A stretch of 64,000 nt of DNA, from the NCBI GenBank assembly GCA_965205265.1, contig CBDBGH010000003.1, positions 3,744,001 through 3,808,000 on the forward strand, read 5' to 3'. The stretch's first letter is position 1. Every line of letters begins with the position of its first letter. Under the pieces are notes generated by a model. The model did not search any database, had not been told where the DNA came from, and was given only the letters and a program-made list of their open reading frames with translations. The position numbers and the translations under genes were made by a program. The stretch comes from Alphaproteobacteria bacterium. GTDB taxonomy: Bacteria; Pseudomonadota; Alphaproteobacteria; Bin95. Shown in pieces: positions 54,301-63,465 of this stretch.

Positions 54301-56216
54301 TGTCCTTCTACATGAAAGACAACACGGATCGGCGCGAGCGGCAGAAAGCGACCGACATCCGGGTCATTATCGGCAACCCGCCCTATTCGGCAGGGCAGAA
54401 AAGCGAAAACGACAACGCGAAGAATGTCGCGTATGCATGGCTGGACCAGCGAATTCGGGACACCTATGCGGAACGCTCTGCCGCGGGCCTGAAGCAGAAT
54501 CTCTACGACAGCTACATCCGCGCGATCCGCTGGGGCAGCGATCGGCTCGGGAAGGCCGGGGTGATGGCGTACATTACCGGCAGCGCCTGGATCGAGCGCG
54601 CATTTGCCGACGGTCTGCGGAAGTGTCTGGCCCGCGAGTTCGCTCGCGTTCACGTCTTTCACCTTCGTGGCGACATTCGCAAGAACATGCTGTCCGGCGG
54701 ACGCGCGGGTGAGGGTGAAAACGTGTTCGGACAGGGAAGCATGACGGGGGTCGCGATCACGGTCTTCGTCAAGAACCCGGACGCCCCGGAACAGGGCCGC
54801 ATCCTGTTCCATGACATCGGTGACGACCTGGACCGGAAGCAGAAGCTCGAGACCGTCAAGCGGCTCGGTAGCATCCGTGGAATCGAGCAAGCCCGCGGAT
54901 GGCGGCGGATCACGCCCGACGAACATGGCGACTGGCTGGACCAGCGTGACCGCAGCTTCGAGGCGTATCCGAAGATCGGGGACAAGCAGGACAGGAACGG
55001 TCGCGTTCTGTTCGACAGCTACTCCCTTGGCGTGGTTACCAATCGGGACGCCTGGTGCATCAATCCGTCCCCGACCGCACTGGCCGAGAACATCGAGTCG
55101 ACGATCTCGTTCTATAGCGGCGAACTGGGGCGGTTGAGAGCGGCCACCGAGACGGGGAAGCTCACGGGAGAGGCGCTTCCCGGGATTGACAGCTTCGTCA
55201 ATTCAGACCCCACCAGGATCAGCTGGACTCGTTCTCTCAAGCAGGATCTCCGGAAAGGGAAAGAACTCCGACAAGGCGATGGCACGTTTGTCCCCTGCCT
55301 CTACCGCCCCTTCACCAAGCAATGGCAATTCTTCAGCCGCCGGCTGAATGAGATGGTCTATCAGATGCCCCGCATCTTCCCGAATGCCGATCTGCCCAAC
55401 CGGGTCATCGCGGTCACGGGCAAGGGCGGGCGGTCCGGATTTTCGGCGCTGATGATGGATGCGTTGCCGAACCTTCACACAATCGACACCGGCCAGTGTT
55501 TTCCGTTCTGGATCTACGAAAGAAGCGAGGACGCGGAAGCGGACCTTCTCGGGGAGCGAATTGCCGGATACAGGCGGCTCGACGCCATCACCGTCTACGC
55601 GCTCGAATACTTCCGTGACGCCCATCCGTCCGAGTCCGTGAGCCGGGAGGACATCTTCCATTACATCTACGGGCTGCTGCATTCCGAGGACTATCGCCAC
55701 CGTTTTGCCGCCAACCTTGTCAAGGAACTGCCGCGCATCCCCTGCGTGAAGCCGGTGAAGGACTATCGGTCCTTCCGCGATGCGGGGAAGCGCTTGGCGC
55801 ACCTGCATGTCGGTTACGAGACCGTGGATCCCTGGCCGGCCACGATCGACACCGCCGGCGAACTGCTGCTGGCCGATGCCGAGGATGCCTTTCGGGTCAC
55901 GAAAATGCGCCATCCGGGATCGGGCAAGAGCAAGGATCGGTCGACGGTGATCTACAATTCCCGCATCACCATCCGCGACATCCCCGAGGCGGCATGGGAA
56001 TACGTCGTCAACGGCAAGCCCGCGCTCGCCTGGGTCATGGAACGCCAGTGTGTCAGGACCGACAAGGCCAGCGGGGTCGTCAGCGACGCCAACCGCTACG
56101 CGACCGAGACCGTCGGTGATCCGCGATATCCGCTTGACCTCTTGCTGCGGGTCATCACCGTCAGCCTGGAGACCATGAAGATCGTGCGCTCCCTTCCCGA
56201 ACTGGCAATCGAATAA
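51318..56216 (+). CDS. Type ISP restriction-modification enzyme (Mrr nuclease-helicase-N6 MTase-TRD; LlaGI/LlaBIII-like)
   Basis: DTGID..AIQCK, MACGTGKT, DEAHR, VYTPVE, DPFVGTG, GNPPY. Confidence 0.93.
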   Translation: MNPLDRLLEAYRAAAISERDKGTAFEKLVAAWLVTDPVQARRFERVDSWSEWARRREEDRSDTGIDLVATRHDGGLAAIQCKFFASDRRIRKDDIDSFISASAKSPFAERTIVETTDVAWSPNAETMLRGQTIPTTRIGLRDLRDSEVDWSAFAATGEIARPEPKALRPDQVEALEAVRDGLDGADRGKLIMACGTGKTLTGLRIAEDTAGSGGHVLLLVPSLALMAQTVREWCADAVLPLTAFAVCSDAQVGKRRRSANDVAELEVSDLALPATTDAGLLARAAAASDDGAMRVVFATYQSISVIAAAQAKHGLPEFDLIVCDEAHRTTGVTFAGEDESNFVKVHDNEVIRGRKRLYMTATPRIYGENAKSKARDAEAVLASMDDPDLYGEVLFHHGFARAVESGILTDYRVIVLVMDEGQVSAAVQKRLADENTELVLDDATKIVGCWKALSKTGLAGTAADDPEPMRRALAFCRSINSSKLVRNEFEQVVVEFQAEIGDDEGNGVFCEVRHVDGTYNARERGQRLDWLKEDAGANVCRILSNARCLTEGVDVPALDAILFLHPRNSQIDVVQAVGRVMRQAPGKRMGYVILPVGVPPGVPADVALGDNEKYRVVWQILNALRAHDEGLGAVINQGGLGQDVSGRIAIVDGRSPRAGAELAAVTATVDDLPRRPAPPRPGIGRGGSGDSEGRGGPQEPLPLVIDEFSRAVMAKIVEKCGTRDYWEDWAKDVAEIAERHVTRISSLVQQPESDARSFFQDFLLELRDDLNESITEHDAIEMLAQHLITRPVFDALFEGSPFVDRNPVSAAMTEVLSVIDEVQIKREAKALEGFYASVRRRAAGITDPQARQKLIVELYDKFFRSAFPRTTQMLGIVYTPVEIVDFIIRSVNEALQEEFGQTIGSEGVHIIDPFVGTGTFITRLLQSGLIAPEDLERKYRGEIHANDIVLLAYYIAAINIESVFFHSVANRDDYLPYAGICLTDTFALHEGDDELSFYMKDNTDRRERQKATDIRVIIGNPPYSAGQKSENDNAKNVAYAWLDQRIRDTYAERSAAGLKQNLYDSYIRAIRWGSDRLGKAGVMAYITGSAWIERAFADGLRKCLAREFARVHVFHLRGDIRKNMLSGGRAGEGENVFGQGSMTGVAITVFVKNPDAPEQGRILFHDIGDDLDRKQKLETVKRLGSIRGIEQARGWRRITPDEHGDWLDQRDRSFEAYPKIGDKQDRNGRVLFDSYSLGVVTNRDAWCINPSPTALAENIESTISFYSGELGRLRAATETGKLTGEALPGIDSFVNSDPTRISWTRSLKQDLRKGKELRQGDGTFVPCLYRPFTKQWQFFSRRLNEMVYQMPRIFPNADLPNRVIAVTGKGGRSGFSALMMDALPNLHTIDTGQCFPFWIYERSEDAEADLLGERIAGYRRLDAITVYALEYFRDAHPSESVSREDIFHYIYGLLHSEDYRHRFAANLVKELPRIPCVKPVKDYRSFRDAGKRLAHLHVGYETVDPWPATIDTAGELLLADAEDAFRVTKMRHPGSGKSKDRSTVIYNSRITIRDIPEAAWEYVVNGKPALAWVMERQCVRTDKASGVVSDANRYATETVGDPRYPLDLLLRVITVSLETMKIVRSLPELAIE

Positions 56217-56286
56217 ACCGGACAGGGCGGTCGCAGTGAGTGGCCCGGACAACTGCCGCCGGTCCAGATGAGGCGATACCGCCGAG

Positions 56287-57459
56287 CTAAAGGATATCGG
56301 CCGCGATGCTGTCGGCGACCCTTACCGCCGCCTCGTGCATGGAGTCGCGCGCCAGATGGGCGTATTTCGCCGTCGTCTCGACATGCGCGTGGCCGAGCAG
56401 CCGGCCGATCACGGGCAGGCTCTCGCCCAGCGCCAGCGCGCGCGAGGCGAAGGAATGCCGGCAGTCGTGAAGCCGGACATCCTCGAGCCTCGCCCGTTCG
56501 CGCACCAGGCACCACTGACGGTCGATGAAGCCCAGCCGCTCGCCCGGCTTCCGGCCCTGGATCACCCAGGGATTGCCCTCGGCGCGCGGGATGCCCGCGA
56601 GCACCCGAACCGCCTCGGGCGACAGCGGCACTGTGCGCGCACCGGTCTTGGTGTCTTCAAGGTTCAGCTCCATGGCTTCGAGGTCCACGTCCCGCCAGCG
56701 CAGCGTCACGATCTCGTTCTTGCGGCACCCGGTCAGCATCAGCAGCCGGATCGCCGCCGCGGCATGCGCCGAGACGGCGCCGTCGGCCTCCGCCTCGTCG
56801 AGTGCACGCCCGAGCCGGCGGAACTCGGCGGCGGTGAGAAACCGCTCGCGCGCCTGCTGGCGGTATTTCACCGTGCCCCGGCAGGGATTGCTCCCCTCGG
56901 GCGTCAATCCCCAGGATTCGGCCATGTTGAACATGCGCGACAGCAGGTCCAGCGTCCGGTTGGCCTGCACCGGCGTCGCCCGCATCGCATGGTGCAGGTC
57001 GCGCACATGCTCGCGCCGCACGCTGCCGAGCGGCAGCTTCCCGAGCGTCGGCACGATGTGCCCGTTCGCCATGCGCCGGTAGGCCTTCACGGTGTTGGGC
57101 TTGCAATGCTGCTCGGCATATTCCTCGAGATACCGCGCGGCGAGCGCCGCGACCGTCGGCCCGTCCGGGTGCTTCGCCGCCAGCGGCTCCGGCACCGGGT
57201 CCTCGCCCGCCTTGATGCGCGCGATGATCAGCGCCGCGCGGCGGCGAGCCTCCTCGGGCGTGATGACGCCGTGCCGCCCGATGGTCAGCCGCTTCGCCGC
57301 GCCGCGCGCGCGGGTCTGCACGATGTAGTGCTTCGAGCCGGAGGGATACACCCGGACGCCGAAGCCCGGCTGTCCAGAGTCCCAGAACACCGTGTCCCTG
57401 TCGACCTCGAGCGCTTCGACCGTGCGCCGCGATATCGACCGTCTCCCGAGCTTCGCCAT
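56287..57459 (-). CDS. Tyrosine recombinase/integrase 2
   Basis: Arm-binding N-terminus; TGCRK, KTG, HDCRH, LGH, KY. Confidence 0.93.
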   Translation of the reverse strand: MAKLGRRSISRRTVEALEVDRDTVFWDSGQPGFGVRVYPSGSKHYIVQTRARGAAKRLTIGRHGVITPEEARRRAALIIARIKAGEDPVPEPLAAKHPDGPTVAALAARYLEEYAEQHCKPNTVKAYRRMANGHIVPTLGKLPLGSVRREHVRDLHHAMRATPVQANRTLDLLSRMFNMAESWGLTPEGSNPCRGTVKYRQQARERFLTAAEFRRLGRALDEAEADGAVSAHAAAAIRLLMLTGCRKNEIVTLRWRDVDLEAMELNLEDTKTGARTVPLSPEAVRVLAGIPRAEGNPWVIQGRKPGERLGFIDRQWCLVRERARLEDVRLHDCRHSFASRALALGESLPVIGRLLGHAHVETTAKYAHLARDSMHEAAVRVADSIAADIL

Positions 57460-57477
57460 CGCGACCTTCCTCTCGCC

Positions 57478-58653
57478 TCAGGCGGCGTCCGGTTCGAGGA
57501 TGTCGGCGCCGATGCTGCCGCCGACCTTGGCCGCCGACGCCTTCTCGGTGTCGCGCGCCAGATGCGCGTAACGCGCGGTCGTCGCGACCTGCCCGTGGCC
57601 CATCAGCTTGCCGATCATCGAAAGGCTCTCGCCGAGCGCCAGCGCCCGGCTCGCCCAGCTGTGCCGAAGATCGTGGATGCGGACGTCCTTCAGCCCGGCC
57701 TTCGCGCGAAGGCGCTTCCAGACTGCATCCATGTTGACCAGATGGGCGTCCCCCTTCCTGCCCGCGATCACCCATGGGCTGTCGCCGTCGCGAGGAATCC
57801 GGTCGAGCACCGCCTCGACCGCGGGCGTCAGCGGAACGATGCGCGGTCCCGTCTTGGCATCGCGCAATCTCAACCCGCGCGCCGCCCGGTCCACATCGTC
57901 CCACCGGAGCCCCATGATCTCACCCTTGCGGCATCCGGTCAGCATCAGCAGGCGAAGCGCCGCTACCGCTGCCGGCCGCGCCGAGCCGGCCGCCTCCGCC
58001 TCCTTCAGCACCCGGCCCAGTTCCCGGTATTCGTCGGGCGTGAGGAAACGCTCCCGCCTGACCTCCCGGTACCGGCGCACCGCCCGGCACGGGTTCCGTC
58101 CCGGCGGGACCAGCTCCAGCGCCTCGGCCATGTTGTACATCCGCGACAGTATCCTCACCGACAGGTTCGCCGCCTGCGGCGTCCTGCGCAGTCCGTAATG
58201 GAACTTCGCAACGCGCGACCGGTCGACCTCGCCTATGGGCAGGCCGCCGAGTTCCGGCAGGATGAGCCTCTCGATCGCGTAGCGGTAGCTCGCCTGCGTC
58301 TTCTCCCGGAGGTTGACCTTCACATGGCCTTCCATGTAGCGCGCCGCCAGACCCGCCACGGTGAGTTCCGGCGCGGCCGGCGCCGGGAACGGCTCCAGCC
58401 CCCGCCGGATGCGGTCGATGACGCCGGCGGCCCGCTTGCGGGCCTCGTCGGGCGTCAGGTCGCCGTGGCGCCCGAGCGTGACGCGCTTCGGCCCGGTCGG
58501 CCCGCGCGTCTGGACGACGAAGACCTTGCGGCCGGTTGGATGGACCCGGACGCCGAACCCCTTGAGGTCCCGGTCCCAGAACACGGCGTCCTTGCCGGCG
58601 ACCGCGAGGGCGTCGACGGCGCGCTTGGTGAGCTTCGGGGCAGAATCGGGCAT
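57478..58653 (-). CDS. Tyrosine recombinase/integrase 1
   Basis: Arm-binding N-terminus; TGCRK, KTG, HDLRH, MGH, RY. Confidence 0.93.
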   Translation of the reverse strand: MPDSAPKLTKRAVDALAVAGKDAVFWDRDLKGFGVRVHPTGRKVFVVQTRGPTGPKRVTLGRHGDLTPDEARKRAAGVIDRIRRGLEPFPAPAAPELTVAGLAARYMEGHVKVNLREKTQASYRYAIERLILPELGGLPIGEVDRSRVAKFHYGLRRTPQAANLSVRILSRMYNMAEALELVPPGRNPCRAVRRYREVRRERFLTPDEYRELGRVLKEAEAAGSARPAAVAALRLLMLTGCRKGEIMGLRWDDVDRAARGLRLRDAKTGPRIVPLTPAVEAVLDRIPRDGDSPWVIAGRKGDAHLVNMDAVWKRLRAKAGLKDVRIHDLRHSWASRALALGESLSMIGKLMGHGQVATTARYAHLARDTEKASAAKVGGSIGADILEPDAA

Positions 58654-58995
58654 CGTGGTCTCCGGCGGATCGGGGAAGCGTTCGTTCAAGGGGTGACGAT
58701 GATGAGGACGACGAGGCCAACTCCGTGGTTTGCCGGGCTTCGCCCGACTTCGCTCTGTGCCATCGTCCCCTCCATCACCGCGTGACCGAACGCTTTCCCG
58801 CGGCGGGTTTTCGGTCCTGGAAGTGGATGCGGAATTCGTAATCAATCCGCAAGCGACCGGACCCGTATCCCGGCGCATTGGAGTGCATCCCGGGCAGGGA
58901 TGCAAGACCAAAATGGCGGTACAAATAGCTGTTACACAATGATAAATCGTATCTCAGCGCACTCTGGCGCAGGTCTGGCGCAATGGCGCTACATA

Positions 58996-59783
58996 TCATG
59001 CCGGAAGCCGTCATGGTGAATCGGGAAGTTCCGGTGCGGATACATCCCCACGAAAGTCTTGCCCTCTTCGAGGTAGTAGGGCGGGTCGCAGTAGAGGAAG
59101 TCCGCCGCGTGATGCGGTATCGACTCCTCGAAGCCCGCGCACTCCACGGTCAGCCCCGGCGCGCGAAACGCCTCGACCTTCTCCACCGTCTTCCCGTAAC
59201 GATCCGGTGCCAGATACACATCGGACGGCCAGCCGAGGAAATGCGGCCCGTAGGAGGTGTTCGAGTTGAAGTAGTAGTGAGCGGCGAGGTCGTAGCGGTT
59301 CAACGCCTCCCCGCGCTTCCAGTGCGCTTCCAGCCGGGCTTTGACGGCGGCGAAGGTGGGCCGATCCGGCGTGAAGGCCCGGAGCCGCTTCGCCAGTGCG
59401 GCCGGGCGCTGCAACTGCTCTTGCCAGTAGGCGCAGAGAATGTCGAAGACATCGTAGGCCGCGACCGGCAGTTCGAGTTCGCGGGCAAGAGCGATCTCGA
59501 CGGAGCCGCCGCCCATGAAAGGCGACGCGACGCGCTCCACGACATCGGGCATGAGTTCCACGACCATGCCGACGGCGAGGCTCTTGCCGCCCGCGTAGCG
59601 CAGCGGCGAGGCCAGATACCGCTTGTAGTCCAGCTTGCCGGTGCTGCGCAGCCGGTCGAGGAAACGCGCCTTGCGGAGGTGCAGGGGATGGCGGCCGTCC
59701 TCCATCCATCCCTCATTCAGCAGGCGGCGGGCGAGGGCTTCCGCGCTTAGGTCGGTCGGCGGAATGACCGTTTGCAGCGCCAT
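58996..59783 (-). pseudogene. 5' fragment of split Dam-like N6-adenine methyltransferase
   Basis: PLRYAGGKS, SPFMGGGS, YCDPPY; truncated at FRH by the insertion. Confidence 0.92.
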
Positions 59784-59784
59784 G

Positions 59785-60750
59785 TCAGCTTCGAGCGCCG
59801 GAGGACAGGCCGTTGTCCGCAATCAAGTCGCTGTAAAGGAGGCGCTTGCCGACCATGCCAGCGGCGAGCGCCGCCATCATGTCCGCCGTGTCCATGTCGC
59901 GGAGATTGTGGCGCGTCGAGAATTCATCGACATACCGCTGAAGGTGCTTATGCGAAAACTTGTGAAAGGTTCCGGCGTAGGCCCGCTTCAACATCGACCA
60001 GAAGCTTTCCATCCCGTTCGTGTGCGCCTGCCCGCGCACATACTCGGCAACCGAGTGATTGACCGCCTCGTGATCGAATTCGGGCATTCCCTTGTAGGCG
60101 GCCGCTTCGTCCGTATAGAGGGTGGCGCCGGGCTGCACATTGTCCCGGACGAAGCGTTGCAGGTCGTCCGCCTTCGTCGCTTCCATGACGCGGGCCGCGA
60201 CCTTGTTGCTGTCCCGGTCCTTCACACCGGCCACGGCGGCTTTGCCGACCGTGCCCCGGCCCGTCCCGGCAAGCTCCTTCCGCTTCCGGTTGCTCATGTT
60301 CTTCCGTTTGCCTCCAAAGTAGGTTTCGTCCGCCTCGGCAGGGCCGAAGAACCCGCCCGGCTCGCCCATCATGGCTTCCCGGATGCGGTGCGCCATGAAC
60401 CATGCGCTCTTCTGCGTAATGCCAAGGTCGCGGTGCAGCTTCATCGACGACACGCCTTTGAGGCTTGTCACGCTCAAGTAGATGGCGATGACCCACTTGC
60501 GCAGCGGAATCTTCGACCGCTCCATCGCCGTGCCGGTGCGGACCGTGAACCGACGGCGGCAACCGCCGCACCAAAAGGTCAAGCCCTTCTGCGTCGTCTC
60601 GGTGTTACCGCAACGCGGGCAGAAACGGCCGGTGCGGCCCCAGCGCATATCCGCGAACCAGTCATGGGCGCTTTCCTCGGTCGGGAACATCTCCACAACC
60701 TGCAAGAGCGTGATGCCTTCGCGGTGTGCCTTACCCGGTGCTTTCGCCAT
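59785..60750 (-). CDS. IS1595-family transposase
   Basis: CPRCG..CGGC zinc ribbon, EADETYFGG, LYTDE, HTNGMESFWS. Confidence 0.95.
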   Translation of the reverse strand: MAKAPGKAHREGITLLQVVEMFPTEESAHDWFADMRWGRTGRFCPRCGNTETTQKGLTFWCGGCRRRFTVRTGTAMERSKIPLRKWVIAIYLSVTSLKGVSSMKLHRDLGITQKSAWFMAHRIREAMMGEPGGFFGPAEADETYFGGKRKNMSNRKRKELAGTGRGTVGKAAVAGVKDRDSNKVAARVMEATKADDLQRFVRDNVQPGATLYTDEAAAYKGMPEFDHEAVNHSVAEYVRGQAHTNGMESFWSMLKRAYAGTFHKFSHKHLQRYVDEFSTRHNLRDMDTADMMAALAAGMVGKRLLYSDLIADNGLSSGARS

Positions 60751-60964
60751 AGTGGATCCTCCCTGTAAGGATGAATATAGGCGCTCCGGTTTGCGCCGTC
60801 AAGTATATAATCCCCTATCGTTAGACATGGTTGTCGAACAAGTAGCGTAACCGGCCGGAATGTCCAACCTGTCATTCGTCGCCGGCGACAGGACGGGCGG
60901 GGCTTTTCCGACTACTATCTGCAATGGAAATCCGCGGACCCGTTTTTTCAGGCCTGAAAGTCCA

Positions 60965-61735
60965 TTGATCGTCATCGACTCGATCACCCATGTCGAAGCC
61001 GCCCATCGCGGGCGGGTCGTGCTGGCCGGCAGCCATGGCGGGGCCTATTGCGCGGGCGTGGCGGCGAAGGCGGGCCTGCGCGCCGTGATGCTGAACGACG
61101 CCGGCTTCGGCCTCGACCGGGCGGGCGTCGGCGCGCTCGCCCTGCTGGACAGCATCGGCATGGGCGCCGCCGCCATCGACCATATGAGCGCGCGCATCGG
61201 CGACGGCGCGGACATGGCCGGCCGGGGCGTGCTCTCCGCGGTCAACGAGGCCGCCGCCCGCGCCGGCTGCCGCATCGGCATGGGCGCGGCGGAAGCAGGC
61301 GCCCTGCTTGCGGAGGCCCCGGAACCGACGGGCGTCCTGCCGCCTTTGGAAGAAGCGCGAACAACTCTGGCGCCGGGCGTGGTCGGCCTCGACTCGCTCT
61401 CGCTGCTCGAGGCCGCGGACGGCGACAAGGCGGTCGTCTCCGGCAGCCACGGCGCGCTTCTGCGCAGCAACCCCGGCTATGTCATCCACCATGTCGTGCG
61501 CGCCGTGATCTGCCACGACGCCGGCATGGGTTGCGAGGATGCCGGGATCGGCCGGCTGGAGCCCTGCGCGGACATGGGCGTGCCGGCGGCGGCCGTTGCG
61601 GGCGCGACCGCACGCATCGGCGACGCCCGCTCGCTCTGGAACACCGGGCGGCTGTCCGCCGTCAACAGCCTGGCCCGCGCCGCCGGCGCCCGGCCCGGCA
61701 TGACCGTCCCCCAACTCGCGGAGCTTTTCGCATGA
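60965..61735 (+). CDS. Conserved hypothetical protein with internally duplicated domain (start uncertain)
   Basis: Two copies of DS..GSHG..DAG.G..ARIGD..G.LSAVN..G.R.GM. Confidence 0.75.
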   Translation: MIVIDSITHVEAAHRGRVVLAGSHGGAYCAGVAAKAGLRAVMLNDAGFGLDRAGVGALALLDSIGMGAAAIDHMSARIGDGADMAGRGVLSAVNEAAARAGCRIGMGAAEAGALLAEAPEPTGVLPPLEEARTTLAPGVVGLDSLSLLEAADGDKAVVSGSHGALLRSNPGYVIHHVVRAVICHDAGMGCEDAGIGRLEPCADMGVPAAAVAGATARIGDARSLWNTGRLSAVNSLARAAGARPGMTVPQLAELFA

Positions 61736-63465
61736 CCGACCGGCGCAACGACCCGACGCGGCGGATGAATGGCGGCCGCGCCGTCGCCGAAATGTTGAAC
61801 GCCTATGGCGGCGCGCCGATCTGGGGCATGGCGGGCTTCCAGCTCCTGCCCTTCTATGACGGCGTGCGCGCGCTCGGCATGACCCACACGCTCATAAACG
61901 ACGAGCGCTGCGGGGCCTTCGCCGCCGACGCCTGGGCGCGCGTCACCGGGCGGCCGGGCGTGGTCGATGCGACGCTCGGCCCCGGCGCCACCAACCTGCT
62001 GACCGCGCTCGTGGAATCGCTGAATGCGGGCGTGCCGATGATCGCCGTGGTGGGCGACGCCAACCGGGCGCATGCCTGGAAGAACATGACCCAGGAGACC
62101 CGCCAGATCGAGATGCTGGCGCCGGCGGTGAAGGAGGTGATCCGCGTCGAGGTGGGCGAGCGCATCCCCGAGCATGTGCGCCGCGCCTTCGCGGTCGCAA
62201 CGAGCGGCCGTCCCGGCCCCGTCATCCTCGATGTGCCGGAGGACATCGCGCATGGCGAGTTCGAGTTCAGCGAGGAAGCGCTTTACGTGGAGGAGGAATG
62301 CAAGCGCATCCCCTCGCTGCGCTGCCGGCCCGACGCGGCGGCGGTGGAGCGCGCGGCCGCCCTCCTCGACCGGGCCGAACGGCCGCTGCTGCTGGCGGGC
62401 GGCGGCATCCACCTGTCCGAAGCCTGGGAGGCGCTCCGCCGCTTCGCCGAGACGCATGGCGTGCCGGTTGCGCACACCATGTCCGGCAAGGGCGCGCTCG
62501 CCTGCACCCACCCGCTGTCAATGGGCCTGTTCGGGCGCTACGACCGCATCGCCAACGGGCTGATCGAGGAGGCGGACGCGCTCGTCGCGGTCGGCTGCAA
62601 GCTCGGCGAGATCGCAACGAAACGCTACACGCTGCCGCCCGCGCATATCCCGCTCATCCACCTGGAGATCGAGGCGGGCGAGATCGGGCGGGCGGTGCGC
62701 GCGGAAGTCGGGCTCTGGGGCGATGCCCGGGCCGGGCTCGACGACCTGGCGGCCGCCTGCGACGCGCGCATCGACCGCAGCGCCTGGACCGACGAGGCCG
62801 CCCGCCGCCATGCCGCCTGGCGCGAGGAGGCCCGCGCCCGCTACGAGAGCGCCGAGAGGCCGGTCAACATGGCCCGGCTGGTCCACGCGATCCGCAGCGC
62901 GCTGCCCGATGACGGCATTCTGGTGGCCGACGGCGGCTTCGCCGGCCACTGGACGGGCCTGCTCTACGACACGCGGCAGGCGGGGCGCACCTATATCGCC
63001 GACCGGGGCTTCGCCTCCATCGGCTACGGCCTGCCGGGCGGCATGGGCGCGGCGCTGGCCGCCGGCGGCCGCCCTGTGGTGGCGCTCTCCGGCGACGGCG
63101 GCTTCAACATGACGCTCGGCGAGATCGAGACCGCGCGGCGCCTCGGCCTCGGCCTCACGGTCGCTGTGGTGAACAACGCCGCCTCCGGCTATGTGAAGGC
63201 GCTCCAGCACGCCATGTACGGGGGCCGCTACCAGTCCTCGGACCTCTCGGAGACCGACTATGCGGCCGCCGCCCGCGCGCTCGGCTGCCACGGCGTGCGC
63301 GTCGAGGACCCGGCCGACCTCGACGCCGCCTTCGCCGAGGCGATAGCCGAGCGGGACCGCCCGAGCGTCGTCGATGTCGTCGTCACCCGCGACCCCGCGC
63401 AAATGCTCCCCGGCATGGACAACCGCACGGCCCCGAAGATCGAGCGGGGGGACAGGATTGCGTGA
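61732..63465 (+). CDS. Thiamine diphosphate-binding enzyme (acetolactate synthase-like)
   Basis: DERCGAFAAD, GPGATN, GRPGPV, GDGGF..VVNN. Confidence 0.93.
   Translation: MTDRRNDPTRRMNGGRAVAEMLNAYGGAPIWGMAGFQLLPFYDGVRALGMTHTLINDERCGAFAADAWARVTGRPGVVDATLGPGATNLLTALVESLNAGVPMIAVVGDANRAHAWKNMTQETRQIEMLAPAVKEVIRVEVGERIPEHVRRAFAVATSGRPGPVILDVPEDIAHGEFEFSEEALYVEEECKRIPSLRCRPDAAAVERAAALLDRAERPLLLAGGGIHLSEAWEALRRFAETHGVPVAHTMSGKGALACTHPLSMGLFGRYDRIANGLIEEADALVAVGCKLGEIATKRYTLPPAHIPLIHLEIEAGEIGRAVRAEVGLWGDARAGLDDLAAACDARIDRSAWTDEAARRHAAWREEARARYESAERPVNMARLVHAIRSALPDDGILVADGGFAGHWTGLLYDTRQAGRTYIADRGFASIGYGLPGGMGAALAAGGRPVVALSGDGGFNMTLGEIETARRLGLGLTVAVVNNAASGYVKALQHAMYGGRYQSSDLSETDYAAAARALGCHGVRVEDPADLDAAFAEAIAERDRPSVVDVVVTRDPAQMLPGMDNRTAPKIERGDRIA

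Larger units (their letters stand above)
30076..59001. mobile_element. Integrative mobilisable element (two tyrosine integrases, MobF relaxase, CRISPR-Cas9 cargo) inserted in the methyltransferase gene
   Basis: TCATGC direct repeats at 30076-30081 and 58996-59001 exactly at the MTase break points; integrases beside right end. Confidence 0.88.
29060..60815 (-). mobile_element. IS1595-family element with R-M passenger genes, containing a nested 28.9-kb integrative element
   Basis: TIRs 29060-29086 and 60789-60815 (23/27 identical, GGGGATTATATAC...); TSD TATCGTTA at 29052-29059 and 60816-60823; transposase at 59785-60750. Confidence 0.9.

Noticed and set aside
46518-58785. Long antisense ORFs (955, 1211, 816 aa)
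   Set aside because: Antisense shadows of relaxase, ISP enzyme and integrases
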